64,000 bases of DNA, from positions 117,244,001 through 117,308,000 of the forward strand of contig NC_087436.1 of the NCBI RefSeq assembly GCF_036321535.1, written 5' to 3'. The DNA is from Camelus dromedarius. Taxonomy: Eukaryota. The number at the start of each line of letters is the position of its first letter. Within the stretch, counting starts at the first letter, position 1. Shown here piece by piece: positions 38,262 to 51,040 of the stretch. A program made the translations under genes and the position numbers. The notes under the pieces are model-generated. The model saw only the letters and a list, made by a program, of their open reading frames with translations, was not told the DNA's origin and did not search any database.

Positions 38262-38715
38262 GCATTAGTTTCCTGTCACTGTTGTAACAAAGTATCACAA
38301 ACTTAGTGAATGAAAGTAACGCTGATGTATTTATCACCTTACAGGGCTTACAGAGCCCAAAAATCTAAACTGAGTCAGTAGGGCTGCATTCCTTCCAGAA
38401 GCTCTAGGAATTTATTTCTTGCCATTTTCAGCCTCTCGAGGCAGCCTGAATCCCTTTCCTCATGGTCTCTTCTTCCATCTTCAACCCTCTGCTTCTGTCA
38501 TAACACCTCTTTTTCTGACTTTAACCCTCTTGCCTCCCTCTTTTAAGGACCCTTATTTTAAGGACATTGAGCCAACCTGGACAAGGCAAGCTAATTTTCC
38601 CATCTCAAGATTCTTACAGTTCCATCTGCAAAGTTCCTTGGCCATGTAAGGTGACATTTTCATAGGTTCCGGTGGTTCGGACATGGACTTTGGGGGAACA
38701 TTCTGTCTATCCCAG
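38262..38715 (-). mobile_element. MLT1-family solo LTR
   Basis: attagtttcctgtcactgttgtaacaaagtatcacaaacttag...ccatctcaagattctta...gccatgtaaggtgacatt...ggttccgg. Confidence 0.72.
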
Positions 38716-39435
38716 CATACTCTGTGCTCTAAGTTTGCACAAGGGGAGGAAAAAACAGGGAATAAGAAATAGCATTTCCTCTATTTTATGTTTCCAGCAA
38801 TCAGCTTGATGTAGTCGAGAAACTATGGGCTGGCTTCATACTCTTCCAGCCTGGGGCTCTAAAGCCAGGACCCCACTTATCAGCTGTGTGACCTTGGGCA
38901 GATTAGCTCAGCTCTCTGATCAGGTCCCATCTGTAATATGAGGAGACTGCATCTTAGAAGGCTGTGGTAGGAGATGTAAAAGAAATCCCTGCCAAGTGGC
39001 TAATAAAATTCCAACTCACAGAAAGCTTTCAAGAAATGGGGGCTGTTACACAGGTTTCCGAAGCCATAAATCCAGCTTCCTGCACTTAAGAAAACCACCC
39101 CTGGTGGGTTGCATCTTATCAGCAAAAGCCGGGCCACTCCAGCACTCTGCAATTCTGGAGGCTGAACTTTCGAGACCTAAGAGTCTTCACTAAATCAAAC
39201 AAGCCTCTGGGAAGAGAACTGGCTCTGAGAGGATGTCCAATGCACATTTTCGGGGTTATTTTTCTAAGACAGTAGCATCTCTGGTGGCAAGTCTCACCCA
39301 CCACGAAGTCTCATTTTTCAGATGCAGTCAGAGGAAGAGCTGGTGCGTGTCAGTGCAACTGCCTCACCCCTGAGCCCTGAGCACATCCAGCTTCTTTATT
39401 TAAATAAAATATGAGTAAAAGTAGAAAAGCAAGCA

Positions 39436-39527
39436 GGGGAGGGTGTAGCTCAGTGGTAGAGCGCATGCTTAGCATGCACGAGGTCCTAGGTTCAATCCCC
39501 AGTACCTCCATTAAAAAAAAAAAAAAA
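39436..39527 (+). mobile_element. tRNA-Ala(AGC)-derived SINE (Vic-1-like), low-divergence copy
   Basis: GGGGAGGGTGTAGCTCAGTGGTAGAGCGCATGCTTAGCATGCACGAGGTCCTAGGTTCAATCCCCAGTACCTCCA followed by TT and A15. A and B boxes are intact, with TSD-like AAAAGCAAGC/AAAATCAAGC. Confidence 0.88.
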
Positions 39528-42500
39528 TCAAGCTTGTGAGAATTAGGTCTTCCAAAAACCTATAGGCAGCTTTCTTTATAAGGAAACAAGTGCATGTGCT
39601 TTAGTGCACGGATTTTTATGAAACCTATGTTGGCTGTTTATAATACCTTTTGTGCACTTTTAATCTATTCTCGGTTATGTTCCCAATTGATTCATTCAAC
39701 AAAATATTTTGAACAAAGACTGTGTGCCAGGTGCTGCAATCCATACAGAGGGTGCAGAAACAGAGTCAGAGGCATTTTCCGTCTCTGTGGGGTTCTATTT
39801 AATTAAGATAGACGTGCAAATAATGATAGCCTAAAAGACTGATAAGTAATTATAAATTATAAAATAGTTATAAATAAGTGTAAATTAGGTTGTGAATAAT
39901 TATAACTTGAAAGAACTAAAAAATAAACTGAAAAAATAACCTGGGAAGTGCAAATTCCATGGGCTTGACTGTCAAGTACTACAGGGAGGAGGGATGGGTA
40001 AGGCTGAGAGGTAAGTGTGTTCGTTAACTTGAAAGTATTGATCAGGCACTTGCTGCTGTTGACCCGGCACCAGAAACACCCTGGTGAATGACACAGGGAC
40101 GTGGTCTTTGCTCTTGGACCTTACATCTCGGCAATGAATGCTCAGACCCCAAGCTGTGCATATTTATAGAACCCTGACCTGCAAAACTAATAAATATTTT
40201 ATGATAGTGACATGAACTAAGAAGGAATAAATAGAGTAAGGGCAAGAGTGGTAAGAGGGTGGACAGGAAGGGCCCCTGTGAGCACTGAGGGCAAGACTTG
40301 GATGCTAAGAAGGAAGCAGCCCTGTAAGGATCTAGGGAAAGAACATGCAAAGGTCCTGAGGCAGAAACTTGCTTGAAAGTTCAGGGGAGGCTGCAATGTT
40401 GTCAGCAAGGGAAAGAGACGACGTTGGCGATGGAGTCGGAGGGGTAGCAAGGCCTAGTGATGGAGGAGCGCATAACTCTTGGGGGAGGAGTTAGGATTTC
40501 CTTCTCACCGCAGTGGGAAGCTATCAGAAGTTTGAAGCAGAGGAGGAACTTGATCCAGCCTCAAAATGTGAGCAACGTGGCCATATTTTCAATCATTTAT
40601 TCAGCAAGTAGTCATTAATCACCTGCTATGTGTCTGGCTCCACCCTTGGCCCAGGGGATGCAGTTATGAATGACTCACCTAGTGGAGAAATCACCAGTTT
40701 CATTCATTCATTCATTCATTTATTCATCCATTTACCAATATTTACTTTGCTCTTATACTCTGTGCCTGAGACTGTTCTAGAAATTAGGGCACAGCATGGA
40801 ACAAAACAGACAGCATATCAGCCCTCAAAGAGCTGCCACTCTGTTGGGGGAGGCTTATAGAAAACACATTAAAAATATAACGTAAGGTAGTGATGAGTGC
40901 TGTAAAGAAACGTCGTTCAAAATGAGAGGAAGGGGAATGGTGGAGGAGGCACTCTTCGAGATGGGGAAGGGCCAGGAAAGGCCTCTCTGGGGAGGTGATA
41001 ATGGAGCAGAGATAGGAGGGAAAAGAGGGAGGCAGCCGTGCAGGTATCTGGAGGCGAGCAGTCTGGGCAGAGGGAACAGCCAGTGTGCAGGCCCTGCGTG
41101 TAATTCCGTGCTCGAGAGGGAAGTGCCCAAGGTGCTGACCTAGGTACTGAGATCCACCAGTGACACGTCTTCTCGCAAGCCAGCCTCAGGGAGGACGTCC
41201 TGGGAAGGAGGAATGCCTAAGGCGGGGCTTGAGAGATGATCAAGACTCAGATTTGGGCTCCACTGAAAAGCTGGACTCTTTCTTTCATAGGGAGTGAGTT
41301 CCCCATCACTTGAGGTATACAAGGAACCACATTGATGGGACTCCATGGAAAGGAGCCAGGCTCACCTGGAGTCTGGCCCTGGATGAGAAAGTCACTGATT
41401 TACTCATCATCCCCACCTTCGTTCAACACCCCCTCACCAAGCACCCTGTCTAGGTCTGGTTTATCCCTTCATCCCTCACAGGTCCAAGGGGATGGCAGGT
41501 GGTGTCCCCACTGTGCAGGAGGCTGTGGGCATACAGAGGAAAGTACCAGTGGTGAATTTTAAAAGGTGAGAAAGAGTTTTCAGGCAGACAGGTGGAAGGA
41601 GGAGGAAGGGGAAGGGGATGCCCACGAGGAGACCAGCAGGTGCCAGCTGGGTACCATCTGAAGCCGCAGCCTGTCCTCGCCGGCTGCTGTCCTTTCTGAC
41701 AAGGCTGCAGCTTCACTGGCAGGGAGAAGCTAGGCTGTGGAAACGGGCCAGCTGAGCATCTGTGGTCCCGCCCAGCAGGAGGGTTTCTGCTCCCCAACCT
41801 TCAGGAGCCGGGGCTGAGCAGATCCCCATGGAGAGGTTCAGCCTTTTGATCTAGAAATGGTTCAGCTGTATCGAGGCTGGTGTGTCACAGCCAACCCAGT
41901 GACAGCACAGCTGGGGCGGCTGGTTGTGCAGAGACAGTGCTCCCTGACTTCCAGGGGTGGCTTTACCTCAGCCTTCACATCTGCCGCTGCAGCAGGAGCT
42001 GTGGGCCACGTGGATTTTTGGGTGACACCGGGAAAAGAGTAAGTTCACCTCCCCAGTGAGGGAAACTCCCAAAGAAGGTCAGGAAGAGCCCCAAGGTCTG
42101 ACGAGGTCACAGCACACGGAGCACTTCAACTTGCTGCACGGGCTGTCTCCCGGCATCCCCGGGTCTCCCGTCTTAATCGCCTAAGCGTGGGCTTCTTCCT
42201 CTGCGCTCCCGGACTCGGCCTCGTAGCTGGCGTGGCAGGAAGACCACGGGTCCTACCTCTGCCAGGCGGTGAATGACCTCGAGCAAGTCACCTCATGCTT
42301 CTGTGGCTCGGTTTCCTCATCTGTAAGTTGGGGATAATACCCTGGCCTAGAGAGACTCGTAGGCAATTAAATTTAATGACTGTAACTGCACAGGAGGCCA
42401 CCCCGTGGGTGGGGAGCACAAGGAGGGTGTAGTCTTATTTCAGCTGTTTGCCGTGCCTGAGAGGATTCCACGGAAGGCCCGGGAGACCTGGTTCGCATCC

Positions 42501-43152
42501 CGCCTCTGCCCCTGCCTTACCCGCTGCGGGACCTCAGCTGAGAGCTTTTACCCCGGGCCTGACTCCCCCATCGGTAGTTTGCCTGGGACAGTCTCAGCTT
42601 GTAGCGGATATCCTGACGTGATTATCGATATCAGCCCCTGAGTCTCTGAAGACAAATCATATGGTCTCCCCACCCATCGACCTGCCACCCGCAAGGACTC
42701 CTGGGAGGATGAACAAAGGAAAACTCCTGATGAAGCTGAAAGTGCCCCCCAGCCACAAGCTGACCTCGGCTGAGTTGCATTTACAGAAACATCAGTCTGA
42801 TACCCAAAAAGAAGAAGCGATTTAAATTCTACCACGGCCAGTCATGAGAGCACCATCCACAACAGGCGGCAGGATTTGCTGAGAACTTCATTCTCCATCT
42901 CTCTCCATCTCAGCCTCGATAGCGGTAGCGTACTGAGCTGCCGTGAAGCCCGGCTCCTGCCGCCGCTGAGCTCACATCTCAAGCCCTGGGCTTTCCATTG
43001 TGTCTCTGCTCCTCCTTCTGCTCAGTCCTTCCCTATGTAGGTCAGTTCAGTCTCTCCAGAAATATTTACAACATGGTATTTTCTCTTTCTCCCCATCTCA
43101 GAAACCCAATGAACCCTGCTGAGCAATCAGGAGATGAGTTGAGATACCACTG

Positions 43153-43226
43153 GGGTGACCAGCCATCTCAGGGGTTTCTGAGACACTTGACGTTCGGTTT
43201 GTAAAGCCAGGACAAGCTGGTCACCC
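43153..43226. mobile_element. MER94/MER81-like hAT-Blackjack mini-element
   Basis: Perfect 11-bp terminal inverted repeat GGGTGACCAGC (43153-43163) / GCTGGTCACCC (43216-43226). Confidence 0.6.
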
Positions 43227-46200
43227 TAGGTGCCCCAGCCATCTAGGTGATAAATCAGTAGGTGTTCAGAAAAGGGCAGGTGTGTGGGTTTCAGTCCTGG
43301 GCAATGCAGAACTTTGAAAAACTAGGATGGCTTTCCCCAGAAAGATACCCAAGACAAGGACTCAAGGAAGGCAGTTTATTTGAGTGATGGTCCCAGTGTG
43401 GGGCCAGCTGCTCTGAGAGGGGGAGGAACTGGAATAAGGGTGGGTCACATCTGCTTCAGTATTGCTGAGGTCTCGAGCCAGACAACACCATGAACCCACA
43501 GGATCGAAGATGCCATCCAGCCCGGGAACCGTGGCTCCATCAGAGCTGTATCCCCAGGGCCCAGCATAGCAGCAGCCCACAGCAGGAACTCAGTAACTTG
43601 TGTTCACTGAATGAATATACAAATCCGTTCTTCCGAGACCCAGGCTGACGGTGTGATTGCCCAGAGTTGCAGGTCCCAGGCTGTGTCCCCAGATCCTTGA
43701 CTATATTCCAGGCTGCCTTATACTGCGGCTCGCTGTGCCAAAGACCTTCCTCGTCCAGTCACCCTCGCGTGTCTATTTCAACAGCCCCCCTAGTGCTCAT
43801 CCAAAAAAGGAAGAATATTAAAGTGTACCCATGGGAACTGACTACTGAGAACTCTGACCTCTGGCTTTATCTAAATGTAGACTCCTGATTAAGCTTAGTA
43901 ACAGATCATCTGAGGGCCGTGAACCCACCAAACACATCACCGGGGGGTTTGTCCTGACAGATCAGAGCTGTGTTTTCCTACCTGCTAATGAGCCATCTGC
44001 ACTCATTGAAATGTGGCGGCTCCTCAGTTTTAATTAGAATCAGCAAAGTCAGGTTGGCCTTACGTGGCCCACTTGCTCCAGAGACTCTTCAAAAGCATCC
44101 TCTCCCCCCAGAAATTCCAGTATGGAGACCTTCAAACCTAAGAAGAATTTGACTTAAAAGTCCAGATTAAAGAAATTCCACTGGAATAAAGTCTTTGTCG
44201 AAACACACTAATTGGCAGACAAGAGGAGGACTCACTTTATGTTCAGTGGAGCACGGTTCAGGAAGGAGTCTAACCGAGTCTCATGGCTGATGCTTCCAGG
44301 CACGAAGCGTGGTTGTTAATGATGCTGAGAGGCAGGAGGTGCTGTTACGCAAACATTTTTCCATCTTTCTTCTCAAGTTCTCAATTACTGTGTCCTAACC
44401 AGCATCCTTATCTGCCTCCACACTCTCCCTCCACTGAGACACACTCCACTCTGTGTCTAGGACTACTTTCCAAATCACACATCTGACTGTGGCTCTCTCC
44501 TGCTAAAGGAGCCTGCTGCATCTCCTCCCTGCAAACTCCTAGCCCCCTAGCCCAGCAATCTGAACACCAGGGTCCACCACAGACTCTGCAGACAATACCT
44601 CTGCCGTCCCACCTCCTCCGTCTCCAGCCTGGTTTCCACCAAACAGCACCCTCTAGACCTGCTCTTGTCTTCTCCCCTAGGCTGGCCCTGGGGTCTGGTT
44701 AGCCCACCATCCACTGGCCACGTAGTGAATTTCCACTCACTCTTAAAAGACCTGGGTAACTCTCTGTCATCATTTCCTATTCATTCGTCCATTCAATGGA
44801 CATCTGTTGAGCCCAAACGTCTATTAAGGGACACAGTTTGCTCCAGGGGAAGGAACAGTGAGCAAAAGAAACCACATACCTGCCCTGAAAGAACACAATA
44901 AACAAACAAAGAATAAAGGAATAAAAAGATAATGATACCACCCATGGAAGGAATAGGTGGTGGTGACGGGACCTCCTCCTTCTGTCTAGATAAATTCACT
45001 CCCGAACCTCATTTCATTTCCCAAAGAAGCCTCCCTTCCATTTCCTTAGACATGCATCCTGCAGGTGAGACCACAGGCTGGGATCAGGACCTTTCTGGTT
45101 CCCAGCTTGGGCTGTGGTTAGACTGGGAGGAAGGGGAGAAAGGTGCCGTCGCTTCTATACCATCACCTGCTGGGAGCCAAGCCCACGCTGAGTAAATCGC
45201 CCATGTCCCTTGTGCCCTGCAGCGTGTCCGAAGCCAGGGGGCACTCCCAGCAGTGGGAACAGTCTGAGCTTGGGCAGGAGCTAGGAATTCCCAAAAAAGA
45301 CACTGCACAGAGCAGACAGGCCAGTTTGGAAACCCTGTAACCTAGGGAATCTCACTTCACCTCTCTGCCCTCAGTCTCCCCACCCAGAAGATGGGGTTGG
45401 GGCTGGACAGGTGGCACCCGATCCTGGAGCGTCTCTGGATGCAAAAGGAGACGCACTGCCTTTGCTCTTTAGGCCCAGACAACGCCTCCTGCTGACATGT
45501 GACTTTCCCTTATCCACGATCAACGATGTCTGATGCTGCGTCCCTGTGGTAAAGGGAAGTTTATCGCTCCCTTTTTGAAATAATTTAGAACTCCATAAAG
45601 GGAAAGCTTTCCCAGAGCCTGGCACACAGGAAGTACTCAGCGCACTGACTGTTTTTACTGTTACAATTGCCCAGAAGAGATGTGGTCCAGGAAAACATTA
45701 ATCTTGTGATGGGTTTGGCTTTCTTGCCTCAGTGGCTCCCCAGACGCTGGAGGCTACTTGAAGGCAGAAATTGCGTCTGCTTCTTGCTCGGCATCAACAT
45801 CCCAGCAGAGGGCCTGGCTCAAAGTCCGTACTCAACGGACATGTATTAAATGAATGAACAATGAGAAGACTTCAGCAGTCGATAGGATTGAGCCTTTGCT
45901 GCATGCTGATCACAGTGCTAAGCACTGTTTCATTTAATCCCCAAGCAACTCTAAGAGGTAGGAGCTATGGCTCTATCCTCATTTTATAGATGAGAAAGTT
46001 GAGAGCTGTCCACGTGACTTGCCTGTGGTCACACAGCCTGTGGATGGAGAGTTCATCTAACACCAAAGCCAGTGCTCTTGGCCACTAGCCTGGCTGCCCC
46101 GGGCATGGTCATAATTTACATGTGCCAAGTAAGCCAGCTGTACTGAGATTTCAAATAGTTCATCAAGTGCCAGGTTATAGGTGGGAAAACTGAGGCTTGG

Positions 46201-47105
46201 GGAAGGACCAAAGCCTCCCACCTTGTCTGCGGAGCCAGAGGTGCCCCCTGTCAGAATGGGACAAGCCTCTGCAAGGGCTCCAAGGAGGTGGGCATCTGAG
46301 CTGCTCAGAAACAGGAGGACAGACCTGCTTTTCTGCTTGGCTGAGCAGACCTCCTCCAAGGGGCAGGGCTGCCTGAGTGGACAGCTCCCTTGGGCACTAT
46401 TCCCCTCCCTGCACCAAGTTCCACAGCCAGCTCCCCACCACCATCCCAGGCTGGGAGCCATGCTCTCTGATTGCCGACACACTCCCAGCTACCATCATAA
46501 GACAAACCTGTTGGGAAATCTTGCCTTCGCCTTCTTTCTACTGTCTCCCAGGGAAAGGGCAGGGGAGTGAGTCTTTTCCCAGACCAGAAGCTCTCGGTTT
46601 CAGGACCAGATCTATCATTTACAGCTCGTGCGGCCTTGAGCAAGTCATTCTGCTCCTCTGTGCCTTGATTTCCTCCCCTGTCCAGTGGGGATCAGAATAC
46701 CTACCTCCTAAGGCAGTTCATCGTGTGGACAAGTAGACTCTAAAATGCCCAGCACAGGACTCAGCACATACATGTTGGATGAAAATGGGTGAATGAATGG
46801 ACGAATAAGACTAAGTATAGTGAAAGATACACAGCTAACTATCCATGAAGAATCTTCAAAATGGCTATATGTGATTTTTTAAATTTAATAAGCAATTTTT
46901 CAAAGCTGGCACCTCAGAGAAAAAATTGTTTAAAGGCTTATGTGGCATATGGACACACTTGTCGAGGTTTTTAAAGGGATTTCCAAGCATTTTAAAGGGC
47001 TTTTGAAACTGATGATAGGGGTTCCACTAAAGAATTTTAATAAATATGAATTGTAGAAAAGTTTGGACAGGTGCCCTTCATTTCTCTTATATACAAGTTG
47101 ATATT

Positions 47106-47225
47106 GGAGGGAAGAGTCCAGCTCAAGTGCTAGAGCACATGCTTAACATGCGCGAGGTCCTGGGTCCCAGTACCTCCTCTAAAATAAATTAAAAAACAAA
47201 CAAATACACAAATAAGCAAACAAAT
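47106..47225 (+). mobile_element. Degenerate Vic-1-like SINE lacking part of the B box
   Basis: cagctcaagtgctagagcacatgcttaacatgcgcgaggtcctgggt-cccagtacctcctct plus an A-rich tail. Confidence 0.78.
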
Positions 47226-47699
47226 AAACAAATTGCGATTTCTCTCAGGTACCCAAGTGTTAGAAATTACCAGAGGAGGAAGGGAGTTAAATATGCAGAG
47301 AAGCTTGCTGGGGGCGGAAATACGAGGGCAGTGTTTGCTAGAATACAGCAGACGCACATTGCTGAGCGTGCTGATCCTCAAAACAACACTACAAGAAAGG
47401 AACTCGTGTTATCTTCATTTCATGGGTAAGAAAACTGAGAGCCATAGATGTCCTTAGCTGTGGTCACATAGTCAGTAGTAGATGTGGGAATTTAAATCAG
47501 GTATATCTCCTGGAGGAGAAAGAAAGGAGGTTGTGAGAAGGAATGTGGTGTCAGATGGCCCCTCATGGTGGACACCAGGGGTGCTGTTGTCTGATACAGC
47601 TTGGTTGTTACAACAGCTGAGCCAGAGACGGAGGAGCTGTGTTGTAACACCCCACCCCATGATCTAACCACAGTGTGAAAGACAGACAACCCAGAAGAA

Positions 47700-48145
47700 G
47701 ATAAAAAGTGAAGGTGGGACTGGAAGAAAAAAGAAAGGAAGGGAAGGGAGAAAAGAAAGAAGGGAGAGATCGCCCAGAGCGTGCGGAGTCCAGGCAGGAA
47801 ATAAGAGAGTGAAGTGACTCGAGAGACCATGGATGCAGAAGAGAGATAAAGCTGATCCAACATAGGGATAATAGTGTCTCCAAAGTAAAGAATCCAACAC
47901 AGAGAACAGAAGTCTTCAAAAGTACAACATAGAAAGTGAGTAAAGAGTGGATCTGTAGCTCAGAGGGACACACGGTGTTCTAAGAAAGATTGTTGCAGGG
48001 AAGTCAACACCAGCCCCATCAAAGTTAAGTTAATGAACTTCACGGATAAAGAAAGATTCCTTTAGGGCTTCAGGTAGAAAAAGCCAGTCACTGAAGCAGA
48101 AATTCCAGACTAGGTCTAGGCTTCTTTATAGCAACAATCGATTCT
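47700..48145 (+). mobile_element. Ancient L1 ORF1-like / HAL1 fragment
   Basis: A-rich, with gatccaacatagggataatag...tcaacacc...aacttcacggataaagaaagattc...cagacta...cttc..tagcaaca, resembling degraded ORF1. Confidence 0.45.
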
Positions 48146-48774
48146 CCAAGCACCAAAAGACAAATGGGGATCATCCCCGGGTGGAAGGGTTAAGGGCGAC
48201 CTTGTTTCCTTTTTAAGCTTTTTTATATTGCATGCTTCCTTTACTTGTTTAAAATGGGCAAATATTACTTATGATAATCTGAAAAAAATAAAACTATTTT
48301 CACTTTGAAAAGCAAAACAAAAATAAAGGACCTAGACAGAAACTCATTCTGTTCCCATATCAAAACTCACTCTTTGTCATTTTACCCTTGATTTAAAGAA
48401 ACAGACCAGGAGAGACTCTTAGGAAATCAGGCCACCAATGCCCAGAGGCAAAAGAGAAACAAGTGAATTCCAGGACTTGGAAGAACATTCAAATAAAAGC
48501 ATGAAGACTGTTAAGTTCCTTTTGCATACTTTTAAGACTGTTAGTGTCTTGGACTTGCTTGCGTCACAATGGATAATTAAGACTCATACTTGGGAGTGAC
48601 CCAGCCTTGAGTTTGGGTCCCACTAGTGATGTGATTTAAGGAAGTTACTTTACTTTCTTAAGTGTAGGTTCCTTTGTATGCTAAGTGGGAAAAATAATAG
48701 TAGAAACTATCACATAGTAGTGATAACTGAATGAAATAGTATGTCAAGTGCTTTTCATAACGTCTGCCACATGT

Positions 48775-49016
48775 TTACCACCACCATCATGAAGCAGCAC
48801 CATCATCTCTATTATCACCATTACTGCCATCATCTTCATTTCTTTATCATCATCATTATTATTATCACTCTCCTTGCTAGCTAGCATCATTATCAACCCC
48901 ACCACCAGCATCACCATCACCATCATCATCACAATCATCACCATTATCATCACCAGCATCATTATCACCACCACCACCACCACCACCACCACCACCATCA
49001 TCATCACCATCATCAC
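48775..49016. repeat. (CAT/CAC)n low-complexity tract
   Basis: caccaccatcat...catcaccatcaccatcatcatc...caccaccaccacc. Confidence 0.88.
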
Positions 49017-50437
49017 TCCTTGCTAAGAGACCTTGGGCATGTAACTCCCCTTCTCTGAGCTTCAGCTAACTCATACAATGGGGAAAAATAATGCAGAGGA
49101 GTTTTAAATTGTAATTATAGTAGCTAACATTTAATTATTGAGTATCTTTCAGGTGGCAGACTTAGACTAAGTGCTTACACACAGCAGTTCATGTATCCTC
49201 GCAAACATCCCCAGTACTAAGTCCCTGCCATCATACTTCACATGTGAGAGACCTGGATTCCAGAGGAATCTGGCGGGGTCCGGACTTCAACGTGTTCTCA
49301 CCGACACCGGCACCCAAGCCCCAGCCCACTGTGCCTCACCACCTTCTCTGGTTGTGAGGTTCAAAGGAAATGATGGAAGTGAAAGCCCATGATTACAGGG
49401 GCCATGCAGGATCCTCGTGGTTGCTTGTGTTTGTCCTGCGGGGGTGGCCTGAAGACCTGACGAAGGAAAGAAAGAAGAGGCCTGATGTAGATGTCCTTTG
49501 GACTCCAGGGTGTCTTAATCATTCCTTCACTGATCCTGAAAATCTTTACAGAGCACTTTGCATGTGTATCCTAAGAGGAGGGTCCATAGCCAATAAATAA
49601 ATCATGGCCCCAGCCCTGAAGCAACAAAGAAAGTGCAGAGAGGTGGGTTTGTCAATGTTCTGCTCCATCTCAAGCTGATGCACCGTCATCAGGAAGTGTT
49701 AACTGAGTTACCCGCAGGTGCTCCCAAAACACACCTAGGGAAGTCAGGGAAGGTGAAACACCAGCTCTCAAGCCTGTTCAGGCTTCAGAAGAGCTGTGAA
49801 CTGCCCCCTGGGATATGCTGCAAGGCTCACAGCAGCGTTCGCTGCAGGACCAGCTGGGTGTGTGATACAAACTCTTTCGGACAATGCAACATCATGTGCC
49901 CTACAGACCCAAGGCTGGTTTCAGCACATTAACTTTCAATATGCAACCGTTGATCTTGTACATTTTGATAGATACCTTTAAGGTAAAGAGAGTCCACTTT
50001 TTTGTAGTAAACAGCATATCAAATCTTTTCAAAATCAAACTTAGGGCATTTAATTCAAGTAAATAAATATTATTTGCATGTCTACTGTGTCAGAGATGCC
50101 AGGCAATTGGAGATGCTGCCTGCCCCGGAGGGCTCACAGTCTAGTAGAGGGGTCAGGGAATGGTGCATGCATTCTGGGTCAGTTTTGAAGTGCGAAGTCC
50201 CAGGCTTGGTGGCAGCTTGCTGGAGTGGTAATTGTGAAAGCTCTGGAGAGACACAGGCCTGAGTTGGTCCAGGCTCTGTGACCTTGGGTTGCCTGGTTGA
50301 ACTTGATGAGTGTTGTGGTTGTGTGCAGTGCTCACACTGAGCTCCATGGGATGGAGAATCCCAGAATTCAGCCCCTCCCTTCCATCCACCTCCACTGCCA
50401 CCATCCAAACCCCCTAGGCAACATTGCCTCCTTCCTG

Positions 50438-51040
50438 TGGTACAGGAGAATGAGGTGTGGGAGGATGGTCAGTCGTGTCCCAGGTCTTTGGTGAGTCCCT
50501 GGGATGCATCCCACCAAGTGAGGGTCCTTGGCTTCTTGCGGGAAAGAATTCAAGAGTGAGCTGTAGTTGAGTGAAAGTAGATTTATGCAGAGAAATGCAC
50601 ACTCCATAGACTGAGTATAGACCATCACAGAAGGCCAGAGAGGCCACAAGGTATGTGTGGGGGGAGGGTTCAAAGTAAAGGTACTCTCCATACAGAGCGC
50701 AGGCCATCTCCAAAGGCAAAAGAGCTACCGCGAGGGGCGGGGTTGCTAGTTTTGATGGGCGGTAACTTCATATGCTAACAAGTGGGAGGATTATTCCACG
50801 TACTTTGGAGAAGGAGCTGGGATTCCCAGGAACTGGACCACTTCCCACTTTTTGACCTTTAATGGTCAGCCTTGCAACTGTCATGGCCCCTGTGGGAGTG
50901 CCACTTAGTATGCTAATATGTTACAGTGAGCATATACTGAAGCTCAAGGTCTACTGGGAGTTGAATCTTCTGCCACCTTGGTGCTAATTGCTGTGTCATT
51001 CTTTTCATGGCTGTGCCCTGCCCCTTGCCCTCCTGCCTCA
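50438..51040 (-). mobile_element. ERV1-type solo LTR with 4-bp TSD, related to the 36040 copy
   Basis: TG...CA ends, with CCTG at 50434-50437 and 51041-51044. It shares gaaagaattcaagag, ggaggattattcca, cccactttttgac, gttgaatcttctgcca and tgccc...ccctcctg.ctca with 36040-36618. Confidence 0.85.

Noticed and set aside
39439..39510. Functional tRNA-Ala(AGC) gene
   Set aside because: It has A:C mismatches in the acceptor and T stems, extra 5' Gs, a polyA tail with TSD-like flanks rather than a T-run terminator, and sibling SINE copies in the window.
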